From Schmidtea polychroa (lineage: Eukaryota): 64,000 nucleotides of DNA. Where the stretch lies: contig CM097885.1 of the NCBI GenBank assembly GCA_044892525.1, positions 14,696,001 through 14,760,000 on the forward strand, read 5' to 3'. Below the pieces are notes generated by a model. The model was not told the DNA's origin, ran no database searches, and was given only the letters and a program-made list of their open reading frames with translations. A program made the translations under genes and the position numbers. This document shows, in pieces, positions 36,664 through 49,069 of this stretch; position 1 is the stretch's first letter, and each line of letters opens with the position of its first letter.

Positions 36664-38311
36664 TTTGCGCCATGGATTTTTTATGTAGATTGCCGACTAC
36701 AATTAATGGGAACAAACACATATTAGTTTTTAGCGATTACTTCACAAAATGGGCAGAGGCATTTCCAACTAAAGACGAAACAGCAGAAACAGTTGCTAAA
36801 TTACTCATAGAAAAAATCATATTTAAAATCGGTACACCGAGAAGACTATTAACTGACAAAGGGAAAAATTTTATAAGTGAGACAATTAAAAGGGTTGCCC
36901 CAATTTTCAATATGCATAAAATCAATACAGCTGGTACCACCCTCAAACCGATGGATTAGTAGAGAGGTTTAACGGGACATTATTAAGTAGATTAGCGGTT
37001 TTTGTGGGAAAAAATCAAAATGACTGGGATGAATATGTTAGTCAATGCACGTACATTCATAATATCACACCTAATGAAACTACTGGGTACTCACCATATT
37101 TCTTAATGTTTTTAAGAGAACCAGCAACACCAATCGAAACAATTTTTGAACCACGAGTATCACAATATTTAGATGCGCCAGATTATGTAACATTGATGCA
37201 AAAACGAATGCAAGAAGTGTATAAAGTAGCTAATCTAAAAGTAAAATTCAGACAAGAGCAATATAAAGCTGATTACGATAAGACATGTAAACCGCATACT
37301 TTTAAAGTGGGAGATAAGGTTAGACTTATGTCACCACAAGTAGGAAATGGAAAAACAACAAAATTAGCAAGACCATTTAAAGGTCCATACGAGGTAGTAA
37401 AAGTAGTGCACGAAAATTTACATTTACAAAGACACAAAAATGAGGACCCTATTATAGTACATGTTAACAGATGTAAACTTGCAGAAACAGAAATAACAGT
37501 AGAACCACCCCATAAATACGGTTTACGATCACAGAAAGGGTTGATGATGTCAATAATTTTTCTAACAATTATTGGACTTGTTAATTCAATCGATATTAAA
37601 TATTTAACAGAATTTATAGGAGATAAAGAGATCCTAATAAACATTTCACCATACGAAATCAATGTATTTAACTTAAATAGAATGCCAATAAGGGATTTAT
37701 ACCTAGAAACAACCAATGATACACCAATCAGACTAATGGAGAAAAGGGAAGAAAGATCCACTAATGAATTCGAAAAAGGGGATAGCGTTAAATTTATAAA
37801 CCTAAAACCCAACACAGAATACACCCTATGTGCACAATGGAACCTAGAGATGCATACATCACAAATAAAATGTAAAAAAATAACAACACTACAACTAAAA
37901 AAGCAGAAAATAACCAAACGAATTAACATAAGTACAATGCTCAAAACAACTATGTCAACTACTACCTTAAGCACAACAACTACTCAAAAAACCGTTCAAA
38001 CAATAACAAGCACAGATGTAACAACAGAGTACAGAACAAGAAAACAAGCACATATAAAATCTATAAGAGCAACACCATGGCAAATAAAGGAAAAAATAAA
38101 GTTATCAATAGCAATAGCACTAGTATACAAATCTACAAAAAATACAAGTGGAAACGGCAGCGGTATCGGCACCGACTGGTCAATAGTATACCAGGGCAGT
38201 TTCACTTGGACAGAGATATACCAGGGCAATATACAATGTCCACTTGAGTGTAATAATTTCATAAAATGGTCAATAATATTAAATAAAATCACATATATCA
38301 ATATTTATTAA
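36664..38311 (+). mobile_element. Ty3/Gypsy integrase (5'-truncated by the Maverick, frameshift ~36935) fused in frame to a signal/FN3/mucin-like extension
   Basis: AMDFL..LP, DYFTKWAEAFP, TDKGKNF, YHPQTDGLVERFN, TGYSPY, FKVGD.V, FKGPY. Then hydrophobic MMSIIFLTIIGLVNS, NLKPNTEY and a Thr-rich tract. Confidence 0.88.
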
Positions 38312-38407
38312 AAAAATGCGTATAAGGTTAAACCCACAATGCGCAATCAATATGTATATTTACATTTCCTTTTTAGAACAGAAATCAATAGAATAGCAAT
38401 ATCGACA

Positions 38408-40331
38408 ATGCAATCCAATTTCCCAAACAATCAGTTCAACAATCAACAATCAATGAAAAAATATTCATGTACAATCCATAAACATTATCATAGTTTTTAT
38501 AAGAATCTCCAAAACAAAATCAGTACAGATGGCTCACCCATAACAATTAGAAGCTTCCCAAACCAAGTCTGCATACCCAACGACATGAAAATTGAAATAG
38601 AAGAAAGAGAGATGCATTTGATCAAATTCAACGAAGCTCGAAGAGTCAAGCTAAGAGAGCTGATCGGGATATATGATCATTACCCTAATGTCGAAAATGC
38701 AGTAAGAGAGGGAAAAAGGTACCACGTCGTATCTTATTCCATATGACCAAAACAGAGGTCTCAATATGTCAGCAGAAGATTCCAATAATCACAACAAGCA
38801 ACTGTACAACGGTCATGAAGACCATCAACAACAACCGAAGCATGCCAAATGACTTCAATGAGCTGACAGTGCGAATGAACAACCTACCCTGTGTAATAGC
38901 CATCGAGGTGCTATATATCCCAACAATTCCAAACCCATTCAGAGAGCTCCAATTAATTAAATCCAACATCATAGTATATCAAGATTTCATAACAAAGAAA
39001 GTGTCATTCACACATCAAGATCTCCCCATACCCGAGAGACAACAGAAAATTGTATTCGTAGATGTCAAAGAGGTATGCGACATCAACAACAACCTCAGAC
39101 CTGTGGAGGTATGTATCCGAAATTTCCGCGGAGAGATTATATACAGAAAACAAATAACACCCCGAACAAAAGTGTGGCACTATTATCCCGAAAAAACAAA
39201 AGCAGATCGAGATTCAATCAGAGGGAACGAGGACGAATATCGAGCTTTGGTAGATATACAAGATCTACTCCTCGAAAAAATAATAGTGGGTTCGACATCA
39301 TGAGCAAGCTGAGAACTCTGACATTAGATTTATACAATATCATGGGAGTGAGGGAGATGGCAGCAGATAGATTTAAGTGCTCATTCGTAAAGAACATCGC
39401 ACCACACAAAATACGATTATCAAACCTCGCATTCCAAGTGATAGCAACCCATCAAAAATGGCGAAAGAACAAGAAAATCAATGAGATCCTGAAAAGACCA
39501 GAACCATTTTCAACAGAAGATACCACCCTCATTTTAAAGGTGATTTACCAAATTGTGGAAAAACAATGGGAAGAAGTCATACATTGGGAGATGACACAAT
39601 TTCAAAAAGACGAAAATAACCAGGGCTATCAACTCAGTGAGAGGAGAGAAACCAGTGAGGAGCCAGAATTAGACGATAAAGATATATAAATCGAGCCATC
39701 GCAAGTAGAATTAAAATTTCGAAAAGATAGAAGGCGAAGAACATGTGAAGACGAGTTAATGGACGACGATAGCGACGACGATCTTATTTTTGTGAAGCAA
39801 GAAAATAGTACAATTCAGCCTACAACTATCAAAAGAGAACCAGGGACTAGCAGTAAATTTGGAGAGATACAATGCGACCTGGATTCAGACAAAGAATATT
39901 TCTCAATAGAAGAAGAGACGGAGGACGACTATAAAATGCAAATAGAAGAAGTAGAGGTGGAATTGGGACCAGAGCCAAATATCGCGTTAGAAGAGCCGAA
40001 TTTTATAATTGAAAAGGACAAAGGTATGATCTCAGAGAAAGACATATGTCGTCATTTCGGAAGACGAATTAACGACGGAGACATACTGAATTTGGCTTTG
40101 GAAAAAGGATTTCGGAGAACAGTGATGAAAGCAAGTGATTGTGAGATCGAATTAGTAATCTGTGATAAAGGTAATGAGGACATTACCTTGACGGCCCTGG
40201 GAGGAATGTTGGATGACAGGGGTCGAAGAATTGAAAAATTCGAGTTAACAAAGTATTATCAAACAGGCCCGAATCGATACCGGGTGAATATATTCGCAGA
40301 AAGAAGACTGTTCCCAAACAATCAAGCGTGA
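38408..40331 (+). pseudogene. Gypsy accessory ORF (~640 codons, 2 frameshifts and 1 stop) with a REX4/ISG20-like DEDDh exonuclease fold
   Basis: IVFVDVKEV..VCIRNFRGEIIYRKQITP..DLLLEKIIVG/FDI..LRTLTLD..VRE..RLSNLA..STEDT aligns by eye to REX4. The ORFs at 39075 and 39759 share a frame. Splice acceptor candidate at 38376. Confidence 0.7.
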
Positions 40332-41024
40332 TTTAACAATTACTATATTGAGAGACAAATGTGATTTAATCCTTCTAACAATAATGAATCTTTGGGATTG
40401 TATATTTTATAACAATTTATATCCTCATCTTTATTTTATTGTATATGATATAAGCTGCATATTTTATTTTAGATTGTAGTAATTTATATCTTTCATTTTT
40501 TTATCTTTCTAGTATATGCTGTATAGATTCACATTTTATTTTGTATATTGTAGTAATTCATATTTTATTTTTTTACAACGTAGTAATTTATACTCTTATA
40601 TCCTTTTGTACAATATATTATAATAATTTATATTTTAATTCATTATATTTTAATTACATTTAAATAATTCACAAAAGGGAAATATAAATTCTGGGTAAAT
40701 AAAAAAACAATTTGTTGAATAAATAAGAAAAACCACAGTTGGGAAATAATCCATGTGTGGGTTCTAAATAAATAAAAACAGTTTGTTGAGTGAGCAAGAA
40801 AAGTGGTTTTAAATCCATTTAAGTGTGGGTGTTATATAAGAACAAATAAATGGAATTTTGTTCTGTGGATTAAATAAACAAAAATTCAGTATATATACTA
40901 GTTATGATGTCTTCAACTTCTAAATTCATAAAATAAATCAATAATAATTCAATAAAATATATTTTTCAAAAACACGCTAAAACGAATATTATTAAAACAA
41001 AACTTTACATAACTCTCCCCTTCT

Positions 41025-43533
41025 TTAAGGAACTGCCCATCTCTTAAGCCATTCAATTCGTCTGAGTTTCTTTGTCGTCCCGTCACTCAATTCCACCTGG
41101 TGTTCTGACAAAAACTTTGATATGACAAACGGACCTTCATACTGTAGTCCATCTTTGTCGCGATTTTGTGGTTCTTTCCGAACTAATACTTTCTCCCCCA
41201 CCGTGAAACATCGATTCGTTCTCTTCTCTGTTTCCATCTCTTTCATTCGTTTAGCTGCTTTCTCACTGTTCTCTCTTACCAATCTATGTATCTCAACTGT
41301 ATCCAATGCCGTCTGAGGCAATGTTGAATGAAGGTTAATCTTCCTCCCAAAAACAATTTCAAATGGAGAAAATCAGGATGACATCTTTACCATTCTTCTC
41401 TAATAATAAAAACCCATCTTCTAATTTTATGTTGTTATGCAAATTGAAAGGAAATTTCTTTTTATTCAAGTCATCTTTTTTCTCTTCTCCCTGTAACACT
41501 CTTGTCATGTGAATGAAATCTACATCATCTTGTTGCTTTTCTAAGAGTTTTGTCATCGACTCAGTCTTCTGTAATGAGCTGATATGTCTTACTCTGGCTT
41601 TTTCTTCTTTTGCGTCTTCATGTCTAGTCTGGCATTGTGCACATAACATCCCTTTAATCCTTGATATTCCGTCCGCATTTCCATGTTCCTCTCCTTTCCT
41701 ATATTGAAGATCGAAATCATATCCGGAAAGATTGGCTAGCCAGGTTTGAAATTGCGGGCTTATCGGTTTTTTTGTGTATCTCATGAAAACCAACGCCTTG
41801 TGATCCGTTCGTACTACAAATGACTTTCCGTATAGATATTGTTTAAAATACATTACATATTCGTGTATAGCAAGTAACTCCTTCCTAGTCACACAATAAC
41901 CTTTTTCATGCGCGGTCAAGTGTCTCGACCCATATGCAATTACCACTTCAGTACCATCTTCTTTAGCTTGACATAAAACTGCTCCGATGGCCCCAAAACT
42001 AGCGTCTGTATCCAGAATAAAGTTTCTATCCATTCTTGGGTAATCTAGAATTGGAGCTTCACACAACTTTGTTTTAAGTAATTCAAAACTATTGTTGCAA
42101 TCTTCTGACCAATTAATCTTTTTCTCGCAGCCGGACGTAGCTGCATGTAGAGGTTCCGCAATTTTCGCATAGTCTTTTATAAACTTCCTATAGTAATTGG
42201 TCATACCTAAAAAGGCTCTTAATTGTTTGGCGCATACTGGTATTTCTGCATCTTGAATCTCTTTAATCTTCTTGTCGTTCGTTTTTATCCCACTTTCACT
42301 TACAGTGTGCCTTAGGAATGTCAATTCTTCTTTATACAGATTACATTTTTCTGGGTTAATTCTCAACCCCGCTAGTTGAATTCTTCTGAATACTTCCTCT
42401 AATCGGTTATTGTGCTCCTCTTTGTCTTTTCCATAGACAAGAATGTCGTCGAGGTAGACAACAACACCCTTAAATAATATTCCATCCAACATTGAGTGCA
42501 TCATTCTTTGAAACGTCGCAGGGGCGGTTGCTAGTCCAAAAGGAAGTCGGTTAAAACAAAACTGTCCTTGCCTTGTACTGAAAGCCGTGACCTCTTGAAT
42601 TTCCTTCGCCATTCCAACTTGATAATATGCTTGACCTAGATCGATGGATGTGAAATATTTTGAATCTGCCAGACAATCCAGTAGAAATCGTGTATCTGGC
42701 ATTGGAAAAGATATCTTTTCAGTGATCGCATTCAACCCTCTATAGTCGACACACATCCGTATTGATCCATCTTTCTTAGCCACAATCACTAGTGGCGCGT
42801 TCCATGCACTTTTGCATTTTCTAATAACTCTCGCTTCTAATAAGTTTGTGACAAGTTCGTCAAGCTTTTGTTCTAAATGCATTGGTTGTCTTCTTGGCTG
42901 TAACATTACAGGCCCACCTACTATATTCATTTCATGCTGAACAACTTTCGTAAACCCGAGATCAAAAGTTGAAGCCATAAAAATACCTTTGAACTTCCGT
43001 AGCAATATGTCTAACTGTTCATTCTTCCGGTCTCCAAGCATTAATAATGCTTTCTCTTCTCGTTGTGAGTCCACATATGTCCTCCCTACTTGTGACGCTT
43101 CAATATTGTCTACCTCTACCAGTTGGATACCAAATCTCTCCATTGTATCTACACCCCCAATGAAATCTGGACGTATATCTTTGACAACTATAACATTAAT
43201 AATTCTTTTTTTCCCATTCCAATCAGCTTCTATCGTCATTGCTCCTAATGGTCTTTCCATTCCCGTCGAAAATACTCCACAAAGAGAAATTGTGCTCTGC
43301 TTCAACCTCGGTTTCCCGATCTTTGTCCAACTTTTTTCACTCATAACTGATACTGACGCTCCAGAGTCCCAAAGCATGTCAATCGTCGTCATGTTTATTA
43401 CAATCTTACTCCACTTTCTTCTGTCTGTCGTCTCATACATCTTCTGCATCATGTCTTCATTTCGCTTCTTTCTACTGATTATTGTGTCGACCCCACTGAC
43501 GAAATGAAAGCAATGGGATCGTCCTTGTTTTTT
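41025..43533 (-). CDS. pol: Pol (protease-RT-RNase H, then only the integrase C-terminus); expressed by -1 frameshift
   Basis: LWDSGA, CVDYR, LPFGL, YLDD, TDAS, ELLAI, TDH, ADGISR. The sequence jumps at ~41370 to SPFEIVFG..GPF. Confidence 0.9.
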
Positions 43534-44642
43534 GGTTTATCCATTGATTTTTTTATCGTTTCTTCGTAATTACTGTATAAATCTTCTGTGAAATCACCAT
43601 TATTTCTTTCGTGATCTTCTTCGTAAATACATGCCACTCTCTTCTGATATCCATTTCTATTTTTAAGCAAAAAACAATCTCTGAATCCATGACCTTCTTT
43701 TCCACAGATTAGGCATTTGTCTTTCATAGGACATTCAAAACGCCGGTGCCCTTTTTCTCCACAACAAAAACACTGACCTGGTGTCAGTTTCACTGGATGA
43801 GGCGAATCTCTTCCCTTGCTGTCATTAAATAACCTTCTTGCAATATCTTTAAGCGATACTGTAGGTATTCTTCTCTCTGGTTCTCCTGTCTCATATCGTC
43901 CTCTATACCGCTCATTTCCATTCTTGTCTTCATTTACAATTGGTACAAACCGACCATTACCAGGTCTATTCCTCTCATGATTAATCTCACGGTGTTCGTC
44001 GCGTTGATGTGCAGTTGTCTTCACAATTGTTCTTTGGTCTCGTCTACCCTCGAATTTTCCATTTTTCATCACTGATGCGTAAGAGTCTCTTCTTATGGCA
44101 TCAATATTGAATTTATTGTCATTCGTCATCTCGATCTTCTCCTGAATTTTTGCCATATCCCTGGCATCTTCAAAACTTGTCACTTTCCCTGATAAGAATA
44201 TTTCTTTTACTCTATCGTCTTTCGCTCTGTTTGAAATAATGTCTCGAACAATCTGTTCATCAGACATTCCAGAGCTAAATACACTTTTAACTAAACTTCT
44301 TACTCGTATTTCGAAGACTTGGAATCTTTCATCTCTCTCTTGCTGAATTTGAGCTAGTTCCACAATCTTGTTAGTAATGGTTTTCCTTACTGTAAAAGTT
44401 TCTATAAACCACTCTTTTGCCATTTCATCGGTCATTTTCGCCATTTTCGCCGCTTCCCATAACATCGATGCCGCATCTGTCAACAAAAGATCCAATGCGT
44501 CTACTAGACTTTGATCTTCTATTCTCAGCCATTCCATAATATCCTTTAGCCAAAGTTCGGCTTCAGATCCAACTTTTCCGTCAAACTTTCTTACATTAAA
44601 ATTTAGCATCTCACGTGCTTGTTTTGACAAGGAATCTAACAT
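43479..44642 (-). CDS. gag: Gag with two CCHC zinc knuckles
   Basis: CFCCGEKGHRRFEC and CLICGKEGHGFRDC. The first ATG after the PBS is at ~44642. Confidence 0.9.
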   Translation of the reverse strand: MLDSLSKQAREMLNFNVRKFDGKVGSEAELWLKDIMEWLRIEDQSLVDALDLLLTDAASMLWEAAKMAKMTDEMAKEWFIETFTVRKTITNKIVELAQIQQERDERFQVFEIRVRSLVKSVFSSGMSDEQIVRDIISNRAKDDRVKEIFLSGKVTSFEDARDMAKIQEKIEMTNDNKFNIDAIRRDSYASVMKNGKFEGRRDQRTIVKTTAHQRDEHREINHERNRPGNGRFVPIVNEDKNGNERYRGRYETGEPERRIPTVSLKDIARRLFNDSKGRDSPHPVKLTPGQCFCCGEKGHRRFECPMKDKCLICGKEGHGFRDCFLLKNRNGYQKRVACIYEEDHERNNGDFTEDLYSNYEETIKKSMDKPKNKDDPIAFISSVGSTQ

Positions 44643-45399
44643 ATTCTTAGTTCCTTTCTTTTTCCCTATCGCATTGATTTCCTTGGCGTGGTCGCCAGTT
44701 ATGATGTCTTCAACTTCTAAATTCTTAAAATAAATCAATAATAATTCAATAAAATATATTTTTCAAAAACACGCTAAAACGAATATTATTAAAACAAAAC
44801 TTTACATAACTATACTGAACCCAAAATCACAAAATTCGCCCAAAAAAATAAGCGATTAGTACTGCTTTAGAAGGTAAATCCTTACAAAGCATAAAAATCA
44901 GACAGACACTACAAAAACGTCTAAAGGTTATCACAAGCAACACAATACGCACATATAACACGCACACACAAAACACAACACACATTGTGAAGGTAAATCA
45001 GAAAGAGTTTTAAGTGAATAATTGATTATAAAAGAGTTTAGAAACGAGAGATTGATTTTGAAGTTATTCAAGCCGATAATTTGAATTGGTAAAAAATTTT
45101 ATATTAATAAATTTTAGTTACGAATTTGGCCTTTGTGTTTTCATATTTATATATTTATATAGTTATAACCAGTGCACGTTGGGTTTCAATAAATATTATT
45201 CAGACCTCAACACATATATAAGTTAATTTATTACTATATATATTGTCCTCGACAAATGTATAGTTTGAGGGGGGTACTTATGAAAAAATGTAAATTATAC
45301 TTTATAAGTTTCAAATATACGTACATAAGTTAGATTATGAATCTGGACATTTGTTTCGACGATTACGTAACTTGGGGGGGGGGGGGGGTATTTATAAAA

Positions 45400-45990
45400 T
45401 ATTTACAACTTATAGATTATATTTTTATCGCTAACGAAGTTTATATTTTATACTTTTATGACCAAATTAAGATTATAATTTATAGTCTTTCAGCTAATAT
45501 AAGTTTATAATTTATATTTTTATGAAATAAAATTTATAGTTTATGTTTTTAAAGCTAATATAATTTTATAATTTATACTTTTGAGTTTATAATTTATATT
45601 TTATGAAGTTAAGTTAAATTTATAGTTTATATTTTTAAAGCTAATATAATTTTATAATTTATACTTTTAAGTTTATAATTTATATTTGGTGAAGTTCAAT
45701 TTATAGTTTATATTTCCAAAGCTAATATAATTTTATAATTTATATTTTTATGAAGTTAAGATTATAATTTATACTTTTATAATTAACTTAGAGTTATAAT
45801 TTATAATTTTTATCGTCAATACAAATTTGTAATTTATAATTTCAAGAAATTAAATTTATAATTTATACCTTTATAACTAATCATAATTTATATTTTGAAG
45901 AAATTAAATCTATAAGTATAATTCACATTTTTATGAAATTGAGAGGATAATTTATACTTTTATGGGTTTACGATTTGTATTTTTATAGTT
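45400..45990. repeat. degenerate AT-rich minisatellite (ttataatttatattttta)
   Basis: Direct reading. The adjacent G-runs resemble the reverse of the C-runs at 6400-6610. Confidence 0.6.
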
Positions 45991-46899
45991 AGTTTAGAGT
46001 CTATTCAATTTAAAATCCAAGTCTTGCTGATACGCATGTCGAACACCTTTATGAATACTATCACTACTAAATCAATCATTTATTAAAAAATCTTTACTTT
46101 ACACTATTACTAGAAAATTTATTTAAAACATTTATAAATCTAGATTCGACAAACGTATAGGTAGAGTTGGTTCTTGATGATATTTAACCGTCTACATTAA
46201 TTGTGAATTGTAGAGTTGTGATTAATTCAGGTCTGAGATCTACTCAGTTTATTAACCTTAGTGTATTGTATTGTGATGATTTTGGATGTAGATTTTAACT
46301 ATGTAAATTATTCATGCATTGAAAGTCGGGAAGAGTGTTTGCTTTCGCGGCCCCACTGTGACCACTACGACAAACTTTACTGTTGTGTGGTAAGTCAACC
46401 CTTTACGGCTGACCTGTAATAAATAGGTAGAGTCAGACGGAGGATTTCATCGACTTAACTCCATGGCAGAACCATGAAGTGGTGCGACCTCCGAATGACC
46501 TGAACAAAAAAAAACAATAATATTGATAAGTGCGTGCCAGGCAGTGGCCTGCAATCATTGTGGGCTGTTTACTCATCGATGATAAAGTGCATAGGTGCAG
46601 GGTTGGCTGGGATCTCGCTTCAAAATCAATGATAACCGACGATCTCACTCAAACCTACATTTCTATAGTTAAAAAGAAATAATGAAAACAAGGTTTCAAT
46701 AATAATAATTTATAATTCACAATGAAATCGTCCTTACCTACAATCTCAGAAAAATCAAAACCAAAAATTTGGCATAAGAGTAAAAATATTCATTTGCATT
46801 TTTCTCCTTAAAAAGTGACGAAATGTGTTAGTTTATATAGCCTCTGTTTGACGTGTAAGTATACATGCGTGCATTGATGCAGTAAAACAAATTCAGATT

Positions 46900-47539
46900 A
46901 TTTTAATTCTCAAACATTCGATTTTTAATTTTTATCGATTTTGATGGGGATTTTTCAGTAAGAATTTTTGTTTTTATTTTTGAAATTTTATTTTCGAATT
47001 ATTTTTTATTAAATTTGCCTCCATGATGGATTTCGGCATTTCCAGAACATTCCATGCTAAATTTAATCTATTTCTTATTTTTAAATTGTTTTTTATGATT
47101 TCTTTTCTAAAATATTTATTTTTTATAAATTTTATTGGGTCGTTTGGCGGTCATGATGGATTTCGCCATTTTTATGAATTGTTCTGGATTTTTATTCAAA
47201 ATATCGATATAATTTTCTTTACGTAAGATTTTATGAAGATTTTCTTTAATTTTCTTTTTTAATTTTTACTAATCGCCTTTATTCGAATTTGTTTTTTGTT
47301 GTTTTATGTCTTTCGGTTATATTTGAGTAAGTTTTCGTGTAATACTTCTTGCTCGTGTTTTATTTTATTTTTAATTCAGATGTTTTATTTTTGGGTATAT
47401 TATCTCTCTATTATCATTGTTTACTTGGTGCTTTATATATTTTTATTTAAGTAAACTTAATGCTGGGTATACGTGTTGTGTACTGACACATTTCGTTCCA
47501 TTCCTAACTTTGGGTTCAGAAATCAGTTCTAGCCCAACA
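46900..47539 (+). repeat. LTR-like dispersed repeat ending ...ctagcccaaca
   Basis: Shares sequence with 1-272 and, inverted, with ~5170. Start approximate. Confidence 0.5.
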
Positions 47540-47606
47540 ATAATAATAAGATCTATTATACCTATGAATTCGTAAGAAATAGCATTGAAAAATCAGTGAG
47601 AGATGC

Positions 47607-47655
<49 letters not shown>

Positions 47656-47825
47656 ATTTTGTTATAATTTCATCCAATCAGGATTAGGTAGTGTTGTATT
47701 TTGTGTCTTTTCTCTATTTTATCTATTTCTTATTGTTAGTCTTCTAATTATTTTATTTGACTACTTTTATATGATTTTATTTCTCTTAAATTTATTTTGA
47801 CTTAATCCAGATTGATGCTCTATAT

Positions 47826-48797
47826 CAGGGATGGCGAACCTTTTTTTGACTGCGTGCCAATAAAAATAATTTTTATAAAATGAAAATACATGCGTGCCAA
47901 TAAAAATAATTTTTATAAAAAGAAAATACATGCGTTATGAAAAATTACATATACATTGATTTCTATAATTTCTTTACATAATTTTCAATGAGATTTTTGT
48001 TGTTGAATAGTTTTCGATAATTCACCAATATCCGGATGATAGTTTGACAATTTTAATGAAATACAAGCCTCGCCACATTCGTCGGTAAGTCTATTTCGTA
48101 AATCAGAATTTATGTTATTCATTATCGAAAATAAGCTTTCACAGCTATATGTTGATGAAAATATTGTAAGAATAGCTAAATGTCTCTGGAAGCGAACACC
48201 ATGTCTTCAACAAAATATTATTCATGTTTTCATATTCTTCTTCATTTAATCTTTTTTTTTCATTATTTTCTATTTAATGTCTCAACTCTATAAATTTCTG
48301 TTTCCAAATAGAACTTGATTGAAACTCGGCCAACTGCATTTCTAAATTCACCAACTTTAACCATTCTAACTAATCAATTTTAGTAGTTTCCAAATCGAAC
48401 TTGTCTGGATATTTAATAAAGTTAATTAACGGTGCAAATATTTTGAAATCTTCAAATCTCTTAACAAAATTGTCTTGTATGCCACTTATAACTTGGCTAT
48501 AAAAATTTACATTAATTTCAAAAACACCATGAATGGAAAATTTTTGAATATGATCTTTCAACAATGAAAAATACTTAAAGCGTTGAAATAAAATCTCCAG
48601 AAATCTGTGTAAACTCTTAATTTTGTTTTTTAAATATCATATTTTTGCATTGAATTTGAATTGAGTTCAAAATTTTTCAAAATCGAAAAAGGATTTTGTG
48701 CTAGTTAGTGTATGAAAAACGAAAGATATTATACGTGCCAACGAAAATTTATCTACGTGCCACTTTGGGCACGCGCGCCACAGGTTCGCCATCCCTG
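47826..48797 (-). mobile_element. non-autonomous hAT (Charlie/SPIN-like) element
   Basis: Perfect 15-bp TIR cagggatggcgaacc and 8-bp TSD CTCTATAT. The minus strand reads IFSSTYSCESLFSIMN..RNRLTD. Confidence 0.92.
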
Positions 48798-49069
48798 CTC
48801 TATATTTTGTGTCTTTCTCTGATTTTATTTATTTTTATTGATTATTAATTTTCTTATTGTATTTGTGTCTCTTTTTAATGTTATTTTTTAATTTAATATT
48901 TATTAATTTCATCCTTTGATTGATCTTTCAACATCCAAATCCCTAACTACGAAATTATGAGGCTCTATGCTCAAAAATATAAAAAATAAATTGACTTTGT
49001 CGAGAACACATGTTTCTCTTTTTAGCCCAACAATTATATCAATACACACGAGTTGGGTAGAGATATTTG

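Larger units (their letters stand above)
40900..44811 (-). mobile_element. young Ty3/Gypsy retrotransposon with 115-bp LTRs, integrase core deleted
   Basis: LTRs at 40900-41014 and 44697-44811 (1 mismatch), termini AGTTATG..CATAACT, TSD ATACT, PBS TGGCGACCACG overlapping the LTR by 1 nt, PPT aaagaaggggag. Confidence 0.95.

Noticed and set aside
20601..43507. Antisense ORFs overlapping polB, capsid and Gypsy genes (e.g. 20601, 27864, 32655, 37273, 42989)
   Set aside because: Shadow frames of real genes, with no motifs of their own.
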